DNA of 64,000 bases. Source: a virus. The stretch lies in the IMG/VR virus record IMGVR_UViG_3300022225_001767. One strand, written 5' to 3'. The position numbers were made by a program, and so were the translations under genes. Positions 60,487 to 64,000 of the stretch are shown here, in pieces. A model generated the notes under the pieces. The model worked only from the letters and a program-made list of their open reading frames with translations. It was not told where the DNA came from and ran no database searches. The stretch's first letter is position 1. Each line of letters begins with the position of its first letter.

Positions 60487-61161
60487 ATGACCATCAAAGA
60501 CAACGCCCTATTCACAGAAAACACCTTGCTTGGCTTTTTCCTTGCGCGTATTGCAGGTGACAGCGGTGAGTCTATCGCTACCATCGTAAACAGCGTGCTA
60601 AGTGAAGCGTCTGTCCATTACCTTGAGGACTCGGTGTGGTCTATTGAGACCAGCAATGAAGATAATGACAACGCGTTACTTAGCAGTGAAGATGTTTTAG
60701 GTATCATCGATGATGCGCTCAGCGATGATGTGGAGAAGCTGCTTTCTACTATTCACGAATATACCGATTTGACCGTTGTTCGTGTCGATGGCGGCTTCCG
60801 CGTACAATCCTCTATCACTGGCATTGCGAAAAATCCACCACTGCAAGGCAAAGCGACGGTGCTGGAGACATCAAGTGGACGTGTATGGTGTACCGTCACA
60901 GATGAGAGCAGTCTCATTATGATAGGTCACCAGATGTACAACGCACTAAGAGAGCCTAACTTTGCAAAAATGTACAGCGGTCGAATGCGGCTCTTTTTCT
61001 TGATGGAAAAAAGCAGCGATAAGGTTCTCGTCAATGCCTCTTTTGATAAAATCGATCTCAAAGAAGGTATGATATTGGGGCCAAAAAACATGCCTTATAA
61101 CTCGCAGTACGAAGACGACGTAAAGCAACTTCGCGATTACGTTGCAAAATTAGAAATATAA
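60487..61161 (+). CDS. Acidic protein with degenerate PcfJ-like C-terminus
   Basis: SLIMIGHQMYNAL...Y....RLFFL...GPKN. Confidence 0.7.
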   Translation: MTIKDNALFTENTLLGFFLARIAGDSGESIATIVNSVLSEASVHYLEDSVWSIETSNEDNDNALLSSEDVLGIIDDALSDDVEKLLSTIHEYTDLTVVRVDGGFRVQSSITGIAKNPPLQGKATVLETSSGRVWCTVTDESSLIMIGHQMYNALREPNFAKMYSGRMRLFFLMEKSSDKVLVNASFDKIDLKEGMILGPKNMPYNSQYEDDVKQLRDYVAKLEI

Positions 61162-61287
61162 GATAGGGCGGAATCTAGCTACCAATCCTTTCAACGGCGA
61201 GTGTTGTCATAATAGGTAAAACTTTATTGACAACACTCTCAGTCTTTGGGATAATAACTCTCGTCAACACAACAACGGAGTTTATCC

Positions 61288-61698
61288 ATGCCAGAACAAA
61301 CCATCACCCCTGACTTTGATGCCGCGTTAAAAGAATTTGGCTACTTTGACGACAGCACCACCGTGATTAAATTGTCTTTAAAGATGAGTGGATTAACTGA
61401 GCAGCCCGCGTTCAGCTATCAACCGACGCCTACGCCTGGTCTCACATGGGGCAAAGATGAAGTTTGCATAAACGGTTCTCGCGTCCAGAAATCATCGCTT
61501 TACGTTCCTGGTCTTACACGCTTTGAAGATCCTTTGCCCTTTCATTATACGCCAAACCTTTACGTGTACACGACGCCTGCGCTTAAAACGCAAGCGATTG
61601 CTGATATGAAGCAGGGGATGCGCGCTATTCTTACTCGCAAGAAGATGGAAGCCGAACGCCTCATTGCGGCCTTTGACGAGGCGATAGATAGCCTGTAA
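61288..61698 (+). CDS. Hypothetical protein
   Basis: After repeat 61227; C-terminal helix AIADMKQ resembles 29270. Confidence 0.8.
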   Translation: MPEQTITPDFDAALKEFGYFDDSTTVIKLSLKMSGLTEQPAFSYQPTPTPGLTWGKDEVCINGSRVQKSSLYVPGLTRFEDPLPFHYTPNLYVYTTPALKTQAIADMKQGMRAILTRKKMEAERLIAAFDEAIDSL

Positions 61699-61924
61699 CC
61701 TATAGGGTGGCGTACGTGCTGTGCGTCACCGCAACCAACACTTATACGATCGATAAGGAGAGTATGCTATGACGTTCGCCTCAGATGAACATCACTTGGA
61801 TGACAACACCCCTGTAAGCCTACCATCTTGGTAGGCTTTTTGGCTTTTCTCACACAAAAAACTTGACAATCCACACAGTTTTTGCGATACTGATCCTGTC
61901 AACACAACAACGAGAGAATATATC

Positions 61925-62509
61925 ATGGCTATGACCATCAACTATGCACCGTCACTAGACTGCTTTTCACCGAATGCCATTGGTGTAGAAAATGCGTTTG
62001 AAGCATTATCCGAGGTGGCAGCACTTTACTTCATTGATGGCGAGCTAAGAGAGCTTGCGTTCCTTGAGCCTGCATCACCGAGCAACAATCTTCTTGCTGT
62101 AGACTTATCATCACCGATCAGCGTTCGCAATGCTGGCGACAGCTTGATTGATGATGCATCACCGTCACTTTACGTTGATACCCTTGTAGTATCACCTGCA
62201 ATGTTAGCCGACATGAAGCCGTGCAACGATACCTTTACCGCGATAGCAAGAGCCGCTGCGCCTCGTAGCTTTTCGGTGACGGTAACGTCAGAATATATGA
62301 CTATCATGTTTGACGCGACCCTGTCACGCCCTCATGGTAGCGTATTAAATGGCCTTTCGCTCACGCTAACGCCAACCTATTATGCAACCGATGATTTCTC
62401 TTGGCGCCAAGGCGACGCGTGGCCTGATGCGGGTCGTAGCGTAGAAGATGTTATCCCTCGCGCTATCCGACGCCTCGCAGCCGAAGCGGTGTACAACCAA
62501 GCCTTTTAA
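61925..62509 (+). CDS. Hypothetical protein
   Basis: After repeat 61863. Confidence 0.8.
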   Translation: MAMTINYAPSLDCFSPNAIGVENAFEALSEVAALYFIDGELRELAFLEPASPSNNLLAVDLSSPISVRNAGDSLIDDASPSLYVDTLVVSPAMLADMKPCNDTFTAIARAAAPRSFSVTVTSEYMTIMFDATLSRPHGSVLNGLSLTLTPTYYATDDFSWRQGDAWPDAGRSVEDVIPRAIRRLAAEAVYNQAF

Positions 62510-62770
62510 CTCTGTGGCGGGGTGCTGTGCGCCCCTTTTGCTACGCGAACACAAAAGCAACGTTTATGCTTGCAGATCGTATCGAAGATTACCTTAGTGG
62601 ACACTTTGAGCGCATGCAGGGCGCATCCTCGCGCGCTTTAGCTGCGAGTTAAGCCCTGCGGTTTTATTTGTTATGCTTGATAATGGCTTTCGTACACATT
62701 TAACTTACGGTTGATTTTTGTGTAAGGCTAAAATATTCTTTATTTAGTGGCTAGGCAAGGTGTTTGATTA

Positions 62771-64000
62771 ATGGCAATGCGTGGATTTAGCATCGATATA
62801 ACTGATAAGGTTAATAGCAATCAAGCTATCACCTTCGCTCAGTGGATCGGTGCGTCCAACGTCATGCGCAATCAAAAACTTACTGAGTACAAAAGCCTAC
62901 TCGCTGCCCAGAAGGGCAGCGAGATAAACAAGGCTTATAGCCATATACGCAAAAATAAAGCTCTCTCTTTCTTAAAAGATATACCTGTACAGCTCATGCG
63001 TAATGCAGCTCAGGACATATTTGAAGATGTAGAGAAGTGGCGTAAAGGGCTTGTTAGGTTCCCCAGGCACAAAGGGCGCAGCCGCAAACGTAGCATTCGT
63101 ATCACAAAAGAAATGTTTGTACTGGAACCGTTAGGCGAAAATAGGTCGCTTCTCACGTTCTTCGACAATGCAACGCAAAAGCATCAGCGCCTGTTCTCTA
63201 TACAGCTAGGCTACGCGCCACAACAGTTATGCAAACAATTCCGCATTTCGCGGCAAGGTAGGCGCTTCTACCTATCAGGATCGTATAACGACGGCGCAGA
63301 TTCGGCAACGAACGAAGAGCTACTAAAAGGCTTTGTGCAACAAAGCCTCAGTGATGAAGAACTACTAGCCCAAATCACAGGCATTGATCGCGGTGTTAAA
63401 TTGCCCATTGCGACAAGTGATGGTTTGCGTAAAGCCTACAGTCCAGAAAAGGCTGAAAGACTTAGGCAGCTAGCGCGCAAGAAAGCCAGATACCAACGTA
63501 TACTTGCAGCAAAGAAACGCCGCAACGGCAACAAAAATACCAAACGCGTCGAGTCTAAAGAGCAGCAAAAGTTGGCGGGTAAGATCGCGAACTTCGATGC
63601 TAAAACAGCCCGAATTAGGCACGACTTCCTGCATCAGACTTCGAAAGAGGTGGTACTAGCAGCCAAGCCCATTATCGCTTTGGAAGACTTAAAGTTAGGC
63701 AATATGACCAAGCGAGCTAGCCCAAAGCGCGGCGTGCATGGGCGTGGCTATGTGCGTAACCGAGCACGCGCTAAGAGTGGTCTAAATAGAAGCTTGCTTA
63801 ATGTAGCTTTAGGAAAGCTTGGTGATTTCATCAAATATAAAGCGAACGACTACGGCAAGGCCGTCGTCGAAGTGAATCCCGCAGGTACGTCGCAGACGTG
63901 CCATGTGTGCGGTGAAAAGAACACGATAAGACCTCAGCAAGATACATTAATTTGCCTTAATGGCTGTGGAACTTTTCACGCGGACGACAATGCTGGCATT
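62771..64000 (+). CDS. tnpB: Second TnpB (IS200/IS605 family), runs off the window end; absent from the ORF track
   Basis: Own translation MAMRGFSIDIT...GIDRGV...HDFLHQTS...LEDL.LGNMTKRA...AKSGLNRSLL...TSQTCHVCG...CLNGCG..HADDNA. Confidence 0.93.
   Translation, partial: MAMRGFSIDITDKVNSNQAITFAQWIGASNVMRNQKLTEYKSLLAAQKGSEINKAYSHIRKNKALSFLKDIPVQLMRNAAQDIFEDVEKWRKGLVRFPRHKGRSRKRSIRITKEMFVLEPLGENRSLLTFFDNATQKHQRLFSIQLGYAPQQLCKQFRISRQGRRFYLSGSYNDGADSATNEELLKGFVQQSLSDEELLAQITGIDRGVKLPIATSDGLRKAYSPEKAERLRQLARKKARYQRILAAKKRRNGNKNTKRVESKEQQKLAGKIANFDAKTARIRHDFLHQTSKEVVLAAKPIIALEDLKLGNMTKRASPKRGVHGRGYVRNRARAKSGLNRSLLNVALGKLGDFIKYKANDYGKAVVEVNPAGTSQTCHVCGEKNTIRPQQDTLICLNGCGTFHADDNAGI

Larger units (their letters stand above)
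761..61907 (+). repeat. Dispersed ~45 bp promoter/leader repeat, 57 copies by eye
   Basis: Consensus TTGACA-acact-CWCA-N5-TGA-GATACT-N5-TGTCA[A/G]CACAAC, then RBS/ATG. First base of -35 on +: 761,2204,2496,2814,3720,5147,6145,8155,9010,10576,13138,13530,14238,18336,18807,20036,21025,21485,22101,25625,26246,27076,28384,29211,30390,31308,32008,33000,33606,37456,39085,39597,40195,41847,42526(box degenerate),44413,45020,45849,47193,47614,49239,49900,50678,51497,52274,53135,53492,53940,54927,55551,56561,58314,59400,61227,61863. On -: 12097, 25574. Confidence 0.97.

Noticed and set aside
761-61907. The repeat as a CRISPR array
   Set aside because: Copies are degenerate and separated by whole genes of variable length; no cas genes are present.
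761-61907. The repeat as integron attC sites
   Set aside because: No RYYYAAC...GTTRRRY arrangement. The elements lie 5' of genes with sigma70 spacing, and there is no integrase in the window.
122-62560. Many short antisense or overlapping ORFs in the track
   Set aside because: They shadow better-supported genes and lack an RBS or promoter.
1-64000. Definite assignment to phage versus plasmid; tRNA or rRNA genes
   Set aside because: No virion, replication or transfer genes and no tRNA or rRNA recognised; replicon type cannot be settled from this window.

Overview
This window looks like a 64 kb accessory or early-gene region of a large mobile element, most likely a gammaproteobacterial (Alteromonadales-like) megaplasmid or a jumbo phage. 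That is inference: I recognise no replication, conjugation or virion genes. It holds about 110 mostly short, co-oriented (+ strand) orphan ORFs in small transcription units. By eye, 57 units start with the same ~45 bp element: TTGACA-N17-(TG n)GATACT-N5-TGTCA[A/G]CACAAC, then an RBS. This is a sigma70 promoter with an internal CWCA-N5-TGWG dyad, and it would give every transcript the same 5' end, GUCA[A/G]CACAAC. The main candidate for a new system is five terminator-linked hairpin modules (19846-19992, 40119, 42449, 52191, 57202). They carry the reverse complement of that shared 5' leader around YUNR (UUGA/CUGA) loops, so they may be antisense RNAs controlling the whole regulon. A second, separate class of five genes has box-less promoters, long structured leaders and a shared helix-GF/Y-x-N motif. 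Recognisable genes are two IS200/IS605 TnpB elements, a NUDIX-like hydrolase, a YfbR-like HD nucleotidase, a secreted HNH nuclease, an S24/S26-like peptidase, a PEP-CTERM-like protein plus a remnant, PcfJ-like proteins and a DUF3268-like Zn finger. All counts and family calls are by eye; no searches were run.
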